NCBI GenBank assembly: GCA_040222015.1
Contig: JAVJWO010000180.1
Location: forward strand, 1-31,619
Source: Coleofasciculus chthonoplastes F2-STO-03
GTDB taxonomy: Bacteria > Cyanobacteriota > Cyanobacteriia > Cyanobacteriales > Coleofasciculaceae
Reading direction: 5' to 3'
Length of the DNA: 31,619 nucleotides
Under the pieces are notes generated by a model. That model was not told where the DNA came from. It ran no database searches and saw only the letters and a list, made by a program, of their open reading frames with translations. The position numbers and the translations under genes are program-made. Below are positions 1 through 8,943 of the stretch, piece after piece. Each line of letters starts with the position of its first letter. Within the stretch, counting starts at the first letter, position 1.

Positions 1-206
1 GGGAAAATCATCGGGTAGCTTCTCCCAGGTAATTTTAGGCTGAGTTGTCACCGTTGTCATCAGGTATCATCTCCCTCCATCTGTAAGCCCTATTTTAGAT
101 AAAGATAGAGTGCGATCGCAGGAATTGCTCCACTCAGGTAATCGCAAAAGACAGAATGAATTATCCAGACGCGATCGCTAATCTCCTGTAAGAGCGTATA
201 TGTTTC

Positions 207-1172
207 ATGGGTTACGCGATCGCTATGTCCCCTCCCTATCCGCCAGAACCCCCATCTCCTCTCGATTTGGACGAGTGGATTGCGATTATTGTGACATTGA
301 CAACAATTGGCGGTATTTTCTATTGGGCGATGGGTAAAGAACAAAAACAGCAAATTCTGCAAGATTTGGGATTGTCCCCGCCCTCGCCTCAACCTGACTC
401 AACACCGGAATCCCCAGAACCCACTAAACCCACGCCAACGGCTCCTGAGTTATCGGAGTCTGAAACAACACCTTGTTCTGTAGAGACGTGCCATGGCACG
501 TCTCGCCGCCAGGTTGCAGGAGAGCCAGAAAGAGTTCAAGTTAATCGAACATCTCCAACGCCTCAGCAAACCCCATTTCCGACTCCAACAACACCGACTC
601 CCTCGGTAGAATTTTCGGATGTTCCCGATGACTTTTGGGCAAAAAATGCGATCGCAACTTTGGCAAAGCGGAATATTGTGGTGGGCTTTCCCCAGGGTGA
701 ATTTAAACCGCAGCGATTTGCTACCCGTGGAGAGTTAGCCGCTATGCTACAGCAGGTATTTGAGCCAAAACCAAAGCAACGTGCGATCGCGTTTAAGGAT
801 TTACCGCCAAATTACTGGGGTGCTCAAGCAATTAAGGCGGTGGCTAAAGCGGGAATAATTATCGGATATCCTGATCATAAATTTCGTCCCAACCAACCGA
901 TTACCCGTGCTGAAGCCTTAGTTGTCTTAGCTAAAGCCCTAAACCTTAAACCTCCATCCGAACCCAGTAAAACCTTAAAACAGTACACAGATAGCAACAA
1001 AATACCCGATTACGCGATCGCTAATGTCGCGGCGGCGGTAAAAGCGGGTTTAGTCACTGGCTATCCTCAAGGAAATTTACTCAATCCCAATAAACCAGCT
1101 ACTCGTGCTGAACTTGCGGCGATGCTTCATCAAGCTAGGGTGGTTTCCAGAAACAGAACTTCACGACAATAA
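207..1172 (+). CDS. Membrane-anchored S-layer homology (SLH) domain protein
   Basis: Hydrophobic segment (WIAIIVTLTTIGGIFYW), Pro/Thr-rich linker, then three SLH repeats (FSDVPDDFWA..ATRGELA; FKDLPPNYWG..ITRAEAL; YTDSNKIPDYA..ATRAELA). Exact start codon uncertain. Confidence 0.88.
   Translation: MGYAIAMSPPYPPEPPSPLDLDEWIAIIVTLTTIGGIFYWAMGKEQKQQILQDLGLSPPSPQPDSTPESPEPTKPTPTAPELSESETTPCSVETCHGTSRRQVAGEPERVQVNRTSPTPQQTPFPTPTTPTPSVEFSDVPDDFWAKNAIATLAKRNIVVGFPQGEFKPQRFATRGELAAMLQQVFEPKPKQRAIAFKDLPPNYWGAQAIKAVAKAGIIIGYPDHKFRPNQPITRAEALVVLAKALNLKPPSEPSKTLKQYTDSNKIPDYAIANVAAAVKAGLVTGYPQGNLLNPNKPATRAELAAMLHQARVVSRNRTSRQ
480..504. repeat. GTAG-type palindromic repeat inside the SLH coding sequence
   Basis: GTAGAGACGTGCCATGGCACGTCTC, with a perfect 22-bp palindrome at 483-504. 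The same core occurs intergenically within 18618-18735, and a variant at 15735-15764. Confidence 0.85.
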
Positions 1173-1433
1173 ATCAGGTTTTACCGTATCGCTTACGCCT
1201 AGCTTTTACCTAGTAATTTAACCTATACCGAGAGACGTACTTTAGTTGAATCGACTGGTTATCTTCCTAAAAATTTCTGCTAAAGAGTTAACCATTGCAT
1301 TAGGGATCAGTCTAACCTCAGATAGATTAATCTTTATTGGCAATAGAGCTAATCTGAAATGAGCCAATTGATCCGATTGGTTAAAACTTGAGTGGAGTAG
1401 ATAGGTATTGACGCTATTTAGATAGAAATTGCA

Positions 1434-1528
1434 AGGCTAAACCTTGACGTTGAGCAAGATAGGCTGCGTTTCAGCGAACGCCAGAGTAGACTTGGGCAAA
1501 AAACAAGTCTATTCAAGGTTTCGAGCTT
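1434..1528 (+). ncRNA. Candidate structured cis-regulatory RNA in the 5' leader of the hemerythrin gene
   Basis: Pairing found by eye: 1439-1447/1513-1521 (perfect 9 bp), 1448-1451/1477-1480, 1463-1466/1472-1475, 1486-1494/1504-1512. No family assigned. Confidence 0.35.
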
Positions 1529-1610
1529 ATGTATATCTGAATGGCGAGTTAATTCCCACAATTAAGCTACTCAGTCAATAAACAAATTGTAGAAAGGAGA
1601 ACACAATAAA

Positions 1611-2639
1611 ATGGTTGCTACCCTTACTGATACTAAGCGCTCTGCCATTGCTGAAAAACTTGCCGATATGCGGGCAATTCAGAATTTAATTATTGCAAAT
1701 GAACAGCAATTTATCAACGACTGCAAAAATAACGAGATTTTTGGTCGCTTAGAAGATATGCTAGAGGATGACCAGAACAACTTAGACGTTCTGGAAACAA
1801 CTATCACTCAGTATGGAATTCAATCTGAGCCAAAAGAGAAAGTTCAAAAAATGATTGAACAAGCTGAGCAGATGATGAAAAGCTCTGAACTCAGTCTTTA
1901 TGAAAAGATGGCTCAGCATGAATTGCTAAAACATGGTCAAGTCATGTCAGGACTTGTGGTTCATAAGGCAGCTCAAATCGCTGGTGCGGATGTCGAGGAA
2001 GCACTTTCTCCCCTAAATTCGGTCAACTTTGAAAACCGGGCGCATCAGGAAAGACTCAAGGGCATGTTGGAATATTTAGGCACCCAAGAGTTAACCGGTG
2101 AAGAACCCGAACAAGGGATTTGGGGACGAGTTCAAGATGCAGTAGCTGCTATGACGGGTGCGATTGGTAGTGCTGTGACTCAGACATCTGATAAGTCTGA
2201 CATGGATATCATGGATGTCATTTTCATGGATCACCAAAAAGTCAAAACCTTAATTGGTGAAATTAAGGGAACCAATAATCCGCACCGCATCCAGGAGTTT
2301 TTTGGACAACTCTACAAGGATGTAATTGTTCATGCTAAGGCAGAAGAAGAAGCCGTCTATCCTCAAATTCGTTCGTTTTATGGCGATGCTGATACTCAGG
2401 AACTCTATGATGAGCAGGATCAGTTAGAAACGATTCTGAATGAGATGAAAAATCTGGGACCCACTTCATCTGAGTTTAAGTCTAAACTGAAGCAGGTAAA
2501 AGACATGATCGGCGATCACACTCGTCAAGAAGAAAGCACTATGTTCGCTTCCATGCGGAAGAATTTTTCGTCAGAGCAACGGGAACAAATGGCAACTCAA
2601 TTTAAGGAAGCCAAGCAGAAATTGCAAAGCCAAATGTAG
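1611..2639 (+). CDS. Hemerythrin (HHE) domain stress protein with N-terminal ferritin-like helical domain; cyanobacterial 'DNA nickase'/Alr3199-like family
   Basis: AGGAG RBS at 1595-1599. C-terminal HHE motifs DHQKV, HAKAEEEAVYP and HTRQEESTMF. N-terminal MVATLTDTKRSAIA..QHELLKH pattern recognised from this family. Confidence 0.8.
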   Translation: MVATLTDTKRSAIAEKLADMRAIQNLIIANEQQFINDCKNNEIFGRLEDMLEDDQNNLDVLETTITQYGIQSEPKEKVQKMIEQAEQMMKSSELSLYEKMAQHELLKHGQVMSGLVVHKAAQIAGADVEEALSPLNSVNFENRAHQERLKGMLEYLGTQELTGEEPEQGIWGRVQDAVAAMTGAIGSAVTQTSDKSDMDIMDVIFMDHQKVKTLIGEIKGTNNPHRIQEFFGQLYKDVIVHAKAEEEAVYPQIRSFYGDADTQELYDEQDQLETILNEMKNLGPTSSEFKSKLKQVKDMIGDHTRQEESTMFASMRKNFSSEQREQMATQFKEAKQKLQSQM

Positions 2640-2687
2640 GTGCTATAGCGTCGGTTGAGTAACCAATTAACACTTGGCATTCATCTT

Positions 2688-2750
2688 GTCGGGGCGGGTT
2701 GAGACACTCAACTACTTGTCACCCATAAATGAACGACAAAACCCGCCCTA
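2688..2750. repeat. About 63-bp inverted-repeat element (GTAGGGGCGGGTTT family)
   Basis: GTCGGGGCGGGTT...AACCCGCCCTA; same arms and length as the copy at 15085-15147. Confidence 0.8.
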
Positions 2751-2791
2751 TCTACCCATAAATTACACAATTTTACCGTTGAGGCACTAAA

Positions 2792-3682
2792 GTGCCTACT
2801 ACGAACGAACAGGAGCGCCATAACATGACAATTACACCGGATCAAATTCCACCTCAATCTCAAGAACGGAAACCTGCTTTAGAGTCAGAGATGACGCCAA
2901 AGCCGGAATATGATGACCCTAACTATAAAGGGAGTGATAAGTTACGGGATAAAGTCGCCTTAATTACTGGCGGCGATAGCGGGATTGGTCGCGCTGTTGC
3001 GGTTTTCTACGCCAAAGAAGGAGCCGATGTTGCAGTTGTTTATTTGGACGAGCATGGAGATGCTCAAGAAACGAAAAAAGCTGTAGAATCTTATGGTCGT
3101 CGTTGTTTATTAGCTGGCGATATTCGCAACGAACAATTCTGCCAGGAAGCGGTTCAGAAAACAATTGATGAATTTGGTAAGCTGGATATTCTGGTCAATA
3201 ATGCAGCGGAGCAATATCTAGAGGAGAGCATTGAGGTAATTGACTCAGCCCGATTAGGTAGTACCTTTGCAACCAATATCTTCTCAATGTTCTATTTCAC
3301 GAAGGCGGCGTTACCTCACCTTGAACCAGGGAGTTCTGTGATTAATACGACATCCATTAATGCCTATAAAGGTAACTCGTCTTTGCTCAGTTATTCTACA
3401 ACAAAAGGGGCTATCCTTGCCTTTACTCGTTCTATTTCTCAACCTTTAATTAAGAAAGGAATCCGGGTAAATGGGGTAGCACCTGGTCCAATCTGGACAC
3501 CGTTTATTCCAGATGCGTTTCCGGGCGAGCAAGTCGAAAGTTTTGGTCAACAAGTTCCGATGAAGCGTCCAGGACAACCTAAGGAGGTTGCACCGAGTTT
3601 CGTTTTCTTAGCGTCTCAAGATGCGTCTTATATGGCGGGTCAAGTGCTACATCCGAACGGTGGTGTGGTTGTTGGTGCATAG
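2792..3682 (+). CDS. Short-chain dehydrogenase/reductase (YhdF/YdaD general-stress type)
   Basis: TGGDSGIG NAD(P)-binding motif, NNAA, catalytic YSTTK, GIRVNGVAPGPIWTP. Alternative ATG at 2825, preceded by AGGAG. Confidence 0.92.
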   Translation: MPTTNEQERHNMTITPDQIPPQSQERKPALESEMTPKPEYDDPNYKGSDKLRDKVALITGGDSGIGRAVAVFYAKEGADVAVVYLDEHGDAQETKKAVESYGRRCLLAGDIRNEQFCQEAVQKTIDEFGKLDILVNNAAEQYLEESIEVIDSARLGSTFATNIFSMFYFTKAALPHLEPGSSVINTTSINAYKGNSSLLSYSTTKGAILAFTRSISQPLIKKGIRVNGVAPGPIWTPFIPDAFPGEQVESFGQQVPMKRPGQPKEVAPSFVFLASQDASYMAGQVLHPNGGVVVGA

Positions 3683-3701
3683 AGATTGGGGCAGTTAAAT
3701 T

Positions 3702-3778
3702 GGGCGCACGTCGGTGCGTCCCTACAATTCTGTGCCACGCCACTACACAGATCCCTGACTTGAAGAAGTCGGGGATCT
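3702..3778. repeat. Two adjacent palindromic repeats downstream of the SDR gene (possible terminator role)
   Basis: GGGCGCACGTCGGTGCGTCCCTAC (3702-3725) and AGATCCCTGACTT-GAAG-AAGTCGGGGATCT (3749-3778). Confidence 0.7.
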
Positions 3779-3968
3779 TGCTTGGATAGAATGTAGAAGT
3801 ATGCGTAATTAGGCTTATGTGGTCAAATCGTCGCAAGAGTGCTACATTATTTCTAGTTGTAAATAAATGTAAATTCACAAATTCAGAAAACGCAAACTGT
3901 GTACGCTACCTCAGTTTTAGCGTTTTTAACTCAACCAATTGGATAGGGGAAATAGGAGTTCAGCCACC

Positions 3969-4550
3969 ATGAGTCAATTGATAGCGAACGAACACCTAAT
4001 GCGAGACGATTTGCAACAGTCTCTAGAGCGCCATCATATTAATCCCGCTACATTGAGTACATTTCAGCGAATTTTACTCACCACCGATGGCACGTTAACT
4101 GATATTCTGGAAGCCTATCTCTTTGAACAGATCCAGGTTGTCAAAATCTCCCAAAATCTTATCCCCATTCCCAAATCACTTCCGATTATGGAATTAGCGG
4201 AGGGGACAAAAGTGATTGATAGACGTATATTACTCCAAGGGCGCATTAGTCGCAAAAACTATATTTACGCGGAATCCATCCTAGTTCCCGAACGCCTGAA
4301 TGATAATTTTAGACATGAATTGTTTAAAACCAAAACCCCAATTGGTAAGATTTGGTTGGAGCAAAAGGTGGAAACCTTTAAAGAAATTTTGGATTCTGCT
4401 AAAGAACCGGCTCAGGGTTTAGCGGAGTATTTTAACATTGAGGCGAGTGACAATCTGCTTTCTCGTACCTATCGCGTATTTACCAATGGTAAACCTGTAA
4501 TGATGATTACAGAAAAGTTTCCGGAACGTTATTTTCTCAATAGTGTTTGA
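3969..4550 (+). CDS. Chorismate pyruvate-lyase-like protein (DUF98/UbiC fold)
   Basis: RILLTTDGTLTDILEA, YAES, PIGKI and RTY..MITEKFP motifs. ATG 3969 with AGGAG at 3954-3958 is preferred over TTG 3939. Confidence 0.8.
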   Translation: MSQLIANEHLMRDDLQQSLERHHINPATLSTFQRILLTTDGTLTDILEAYLFEQIQVVKISQNLIPIPKSLPIMELAEGTKVIDRRILLQGRISRKNYIYAESILVPERLNDNFRHELFKTKTPIGKIWLEQKVETFKEILDSAKEPAQGLAEYFNIEASDNLLSRTYRVFTNGKPVMMITEKFPERYFLNSV

Positions 4551-4592
4551 TTTCGAGAACGAGCGATCATCTATATCCCACAGATCGCGTTA

Positions 4593-5327
4593 TCATGTTT
4601 CCGGCTCTATCCCCAAAGCCCTGAGCTGCTCCCGCAAACGAGAATTCTTTCCCTCGGCTCGTTCAGCTCGCTGGCGTTCCTGTTCGGCTCGTTCTTCCCC
4701 TGTCAACAGCAAATTCCCCTGACTATCCCACCACCGCAACCAGGGCAGTTCTACGTTCTTGTAGCGTCCCTGCCAAATGCCCAGCTCTACTCCCAGTGGC
4801 TCAATCGGGTAATGTCCGCGATTATTGGCGGGTAACAACCTGTAGCGTCCTTCTAACAGATGATAAACGTCTACCCTGGCTTGCTCTACTTCGTAGATGC
4901 CGTAGAAAGGAATGCGAATCGCTTGTTCGTAAACCCAGAACTTGCCTTGATAAGGCGTGGAATCTCGTTCTTCGGAGCCATTTCCAGAGACGAATTCTAA
5001 GGCGATGAGGGGGGAAACGATTTCCTGCCACAGGACGTAGGAGCGCCGCATTTGACCGTCCAGGGTGGGTGGCACATTGGCAACATAAAACCAGTCAGGG
5101 GCTTCGGCTCCGCGCTCTGGTGGGTCAGTTAAGCGCCAGTAGATACCACTGTCTTGACCGATGGCATAGTATCCATCGGGGTGTAGTTGTTGGAGAATCG
5201 GCTCAATGGACTCGGTTAACAGAATACTTTGAGGATGTTCCTGAAAGTTTTTCACAAACGTACCATCGGATTCTGGGAGTTGGGTGTGATCGGGTAGAGT
5301 TTTGGGAAGTTCGGGTATCGTTTTCAT
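4593..5327 (-). CDS. Uma2/DUF820 family putative endonuclease
   Basis: LPESDG, APDWFYV, ALEFVS, KFWVYEQ and WLRWWD motifs, plus ERAEQERQRAE coiled-coil tail. Confidence 0.92.
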   Translation of the reverse strand: MKTIPELPKTLPDHTQLPESDGTFVKNFQEHPQSILLTESIEPILQQLHPDGYYAIGQDSGIYWRLTDPPERGAEAPDWFYVANVPPTLDGQMRRSYVLWQEIVSPLIALEFVSGNGSEERDSTPYQGKFWVYEQAIRIPFYGIYEVEQARVDVYHLLEGRYRLLPANNRGHYPIEPLGVELGIWQGRYKNVELPWLRWWDSQGNLLLTGEERAEQERQRAERAEGKNSRLREQLRALGIEPET

Positions 5328-5352
5328 TCTTCATCAGTTCTCTAGGGCTGTG

Positions 5353-5402
5353 GAAACCCGCGCAGGCGGGTTTCGTTTGTGTAGCTGCGGTTTCTAACCG
5401 CC
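5353..5402. repeat. Palindromic dispersed repeat
   Basis: GAAACCCGC-GCAG-GCGGGTTTC hairpin followed by GTAGCTGCGGTTTCTAACCGC. Confidence 0.7.
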
Positions 5403-5409
5403 CAATCGA

Positions 5410-7524
5410 TTACGCTGATTGTTGATAAGGGCTGGTCAACTTATCCAACTGTTGTACCAACAAACTCAGGAATAAGCCCACATCTGTTACCACACCCACG
5501 GATTCTAAGGAACCGCGATCGCTTAACTTAGTAACAACGGCTGGATTGATATCCACACAAACCATTTTCACCCCAGATGGTGTCATATTTCCCACCCCAA
5601 TAGAGTGCAGCATCGTGGATAGCATCAGAATCATGTCCGCCCCTTCCAGCAGTTTGGCATAGTCGGCTTGGGCTTTAATCAAATTCATCTGCGTATCCGG
5701 TAGGGGTCCATCATCGCGAATGGAACCGGCGAGAGAAAAGGGAACATTCTGCTTGATGCATTCATACATAATCCCTTTTGTCAATGCCCCTTTCTCCACA
5801 GCACCAGCAATGCTGCCATAACGACGGATGGTATTAATTACCTTGAGATGGTGGCGGTGTCCACCCCGTACCGGGACACCCCGTTTCATATCCACACCCA
5901 GAGAGGTTCCCATCAGGGATTGCTCAATATCATGAACCGCGATCGCATTACCGCCCAACAAGGCTTGCACATATCCTTGGCGTATTAGACGGGATAAATG
6001 TTGAGAACCCCCCGTGTGAATCACCACAGGACCTGCGGTAACAATCACTTTACCCCCTTGATCGCGAATTTGGCGCAATTCCCAGGCAATTTGCTCGACA
6101 ATTAATTCCACTCGGCGTTCACTAGAGACGCCAGCACCCATGAAGCTAAATTCTTCACTCCCACGCTGTTCACGGGTTTTCGGCTTGTGAACGGTGCGGA
6201 TTCCTTCTACACCAACAACCACCTGTTCACCGACTTCTAGATCCCGTAGGATTTTACAGCAAGCAATAGGCTGGGAGTCAATCTGGGTAATCGCAATTGC
6301 CCCATCCATGCGCTGGTTTTGGACTTTCACCCACTCACCCTTAATCCGGACTTCTGTGGGATAAATCGTGGAAACATAAAAGTCATCCGGTGCTACACCG
6401 GATTGAATCACGGGTTCGAGATTGGCGTCACATTCCTCTTGAACGGGAGCGACAGCGCCCAACTCAATCAGTTGGCTCATCACCTCTTCCATCACATCAT
6501 GGGAGGGTGCTGATACGCGAATTTCAGCGCTGGAGGTACTTTGTCGTTGGACACCCAAATCGAAGTTGAGAACCTGGAAACTACCGCCTGTTTCCACAAT
6601 CAGATCTAACGCCCGACTGATCAATCCAGAGTCTAACAAATGCCCTTCTAAACGAATCATGCGACTTTCGACTGGGACATTCGCATGGAGTTCAGTACGA
6701 ACCGGTTCAGTTACTCGGAGAGTCAAGCATTTCGCCGCGCCACCAGCTTTGAGGAATTCCGTCAGGGGGGTTTCAACCACTCTAAACCCTGCCTCAGCCA
6801 ACCGTTGCTTCAGGCGATCGCTAGCTTTGTTCATCACCACAACTTGGTCAACATTCACCGCATTGCAGGCGAAGTTCACCGCATCCGCTTCTTCGAGGGC
6901 GATACGTTTTTCGGGTGCGACTCGCATTTCAATTAAGCGATTGGAGTACGCATCAAAGGCGGGGGGATAGTAGAGTAAATAGCCGCCTGTCAGGGGACAG
7001 AAACAGGTATCCAGGTGATAGAAGCGCTCATCGGTGAGTCGCAGGGAGACGACTTCAATATCCAGCCATTTTGCCAGATAGGGGTGAGAATCCAATTCCG
7101 AACGGAAGCCATAGCCTGCCCATAACCAGCGCCCTTCCCGATCCAGAAGGGCATCACCGGCGCCTTCAAAGGGGAGTTCTTTGGGGAGTTCGTAGACGGT
7201 GTAGCCTTGGGCTTCAAACCACTCCTTGAAATGGGGTTCCTCACCCTGGCGTTCTTTGTGCAAGAACCGACTCAGGACAACGTTTTTACCGAGAACCAGC
7301 CCCGCATTTGCCGTAAACACCATATCGGGCCACCCTTTTTCCGGGTTCACCAAATCCACGATCGCGTGATCTTTGAGGACATGGTGCAACTTGTGCCACT
7401 GTTCGACGGCGCGATCGCGCGAGGACTTATGAATATTCCCTTCCATCCAGGGATTAATCACATAGTCCACATCGTAGTGGTCTGGAGCGCACATGAGAAA
7501 GCGAATCGAATCAGTCATAATCAA
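5410..7524 (-). CDS. argZ: Arginine dihydrolase / ornithine cyclodeaminase ArgZ (AgrE)
   Basis: N-terminal amidinotransferase fold (PDMVFTAN, FEGAGD, YHLDTC, GGAAKC), central LOR/SDH-like region and C-terminal TIGR00300-type domain (GPVVIHTG, GSIRDDGPLP); 704 aa. Confidence 0.93.
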   Translation of the reverse strand: MIMTDSIRFLMCAPDHYDVDYVINPWMEGNIHKSSRDRAVEQWHKLHHVLKDHAIVDLVNPEKGWPDMVFTANAGLVLGKNVVLSRFLHKERQGEEPHFKEWFEAQGYTVYELPKELPFEGAGDALLDREGRWLWAGYGFRSELDSHPYLAKWLDIEVVSLRLTDERFYHLDTCFCPLTGGYLLYYPPAFDAYSNRLIEMRVAPEKRIALEEADAVNFACNAVNVDQVVVMNKASDRLKQRLAEAGFRVVETPLTEFLKAGGAAKCLTLRVTEPVRTELHANVPVESRMIRLEGHLLDSGLISRALDLIVETGGSFQVLNFDLGVQRQSTSSAEIRVSAPSHDVMEEVMSQLIELGAVAPVQEECDANLEPVIQSGVAPDDFYVSTIYPTEVRIKGEWVKVQNQRMDGAIAITQIDSQPIACCKILRDLEVGEQVVVGVEGIRTVHKPKTREQRGSEEFSFMGAGVSSERRVELIVEQIAWELRQIRDQGGKVIVTAGPVVIHTGGSQHLSRLIRQGYVQALLGGNAIAVHDIEQSLMGTSLGVDMKRGVPVRGGHRHHLKVINTIRRYGSIAGAVEKGALTKGIMYECIKQNVPFSLAGSIRDDGPLPDTQMNLIKAQADYAKLLEGADMILMLSTMLHSIGVGNMTPSGVKMVCVDINPAVVTKLSDRGSLESVGVVTDVGLFLSLLVQQLDKLTSPYQQSA

Positions 7525-7678
7525 TTTTTAATGGGTAGACGCTTACAATAGACCAACTTCCTATCCTATCGGATTTTCAAAGGACAACCCACATTAGGTA
7601 TAGTGATGGATTAGGTGAGATGCGATCGCCTCTCCAGTCGTCATACCCAATCAACTTTTGTCAACCTCTTCTGCTAGG

Positions 7679-7849
7679 TTATATCCACTGTTCAACCTGA
7701 AGACCTGGCACGCGGCTAAATTCACGCACATTATTCGTTGCGATCGCAACATTCAGGCTCAGGGCATGGCTGGCAATCAACAGATCGTTGTTGCCAATAA
7801 GCAAGCCAACTCGTTTGAGTTCAGTCCGTAGTCGTCCGTAACAAAGCGG
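7679..7849 (-). pseudogene. Truncated VapC/PIN-domain toxin (C-terminal part only)
   Basis: Manual translation PLCYGRLRTELKRVGLLIGNNDLLIASHALSLNVAIATNNVREFSRVPGLQVEQWI*. In-frame TAA directly upstream (7850-7852); no N-terminal half and no antitoxin seen. Confidence 0.85.
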
Positions 7850-8087
7850 TTAATCACATAAATACAGAATATACAGAAAGGATATACCACTGCTTATAGC
7901 AAATACTTCCCTGGTGAAGCAATCCAGTATCCCAGCGGAACGGCATCGAGGAGTTTAAATCTGTCGCACATCAACACAGGTGAATTGATAGTCCCATTCA
8001 ATGGATATTCTTTAGCCGTACAGAAGGGACAGTTGGCTTTACAGAAGTTGTGGTTCTAGCATTGATTTCGATAGCAGGACTGGTGTT

Positions 8088-8936
8088 CTAAATAAGGGGA
8101 ATAATGAGTCCTTCCTTTGCCAAAAACGAACCTTCACAAGCACTTTGCACCTCAATGGCAATTTCATCGAGATTATCATCAGTATGATTGGGTTCGTGGT
8201 GGAAAATCGCCAGTTGCTTAACGCCAGCGGCTTTGGCAAGTTTTACCCCTTCTTGCCAGGTTGAATGTCCCCAACCCACCTTAGGAGATTTGGGATTGTG
8301 GTATTCTTGGTCAGTGTACATGGCATCGTAAATCAGGATATCCGCATCACGAGCTAAATTCAGTACATTTTCATCCAAGTGATCAGGATAATGTTCGGTA
8401 TCGGTACAGTAAACCGCCGAACGACCTTGCCAACTTACCCGATATCCCATCGCCCCATTGGGATGATTTAGGGGACTGGTTTCAATGGTAATATCCCCTA
8501 GGGTCATCGTATCGCCACAGATCAAGTCATAGAATTTCAAATCCGCCTGGATATCTCGTTTTGGCACCGGTGAATTCAAGTGCAATACCCGTTCTTTGAA
8601 ATGCTGCTGCATAGACACTCCATCCGGTGCAGCGCCATGAATATGCAAGACATTCCCCTCGACAAAAGCCGGTTCAAAAAAGGGTACGCCCTGAATATGA
8701 TCCCAGTGATAATGGGTAAAAAACCAATAGGCTTCAATGGGGAGTTGGGGCAAAAGATGTTTACCCAACATCCGGATACCAGTACCCCCATCAAAAATTA
8801 GGCGTTTGTCAGCGATACGCATCTCCACACAGGAGGTGTTCCCGCCATAGCGAATGGTTTCTTTGCCGGGGGAGGGAATACTACCCCGCACACCCCAGAA
8901 TTGGACAACGAACTCAGAGGAAGAACTGCTTTCCAT
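8088..8936 (-). CDS. MBL-fold metallo-hydrolase (RNase Z/phosphodiesterase-like)
   Basis: FWGVRGSIP, GGNTSC, THYHWDH (HxHxDH), TDTEH, GHST and FHHEP motifs. Starts 7 bp after the aroC stop. Confidence 0.9.
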   Translation of the reverse strand: MESSSSSEFVVQFWGVRGSIPSPGKETIRYGGNTSCVEMRIADKRLIFDGGTGIRMLGKHLLPQLPIEAYWFFTHYHWDHIQGVPFFEPAFVEGNVLHIHGAAPDGVSMQQHFKERVLHLNSPVPKRDIQADLKFYDLICGDTMTLGDITIETSPLNHPNGAMGYRVSWQGRSAVYCTDTEHYPDHLDENVLNLARDADILIYDAMYTDQEYHNPKSPKVGWGHSTWQEGVKLAKAAGVKQLAIFHHEPNHTDDNLDEIAIEVQSACEGSFLAKEGLIIPLI

Positions 8937-8943
8937 CGGAATT

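Noticed and set aside
1448..1481. Assignment as a glutamine riboswitch (CGTT...GAACGC ends)
   Set aside because: Too short, and I cannot match the internal stems; kept only as an unassigned structure.
7895..8060. Minus-strand frame containing CPFC
   Set aside because: No start codon before the motif and no further family motifs.
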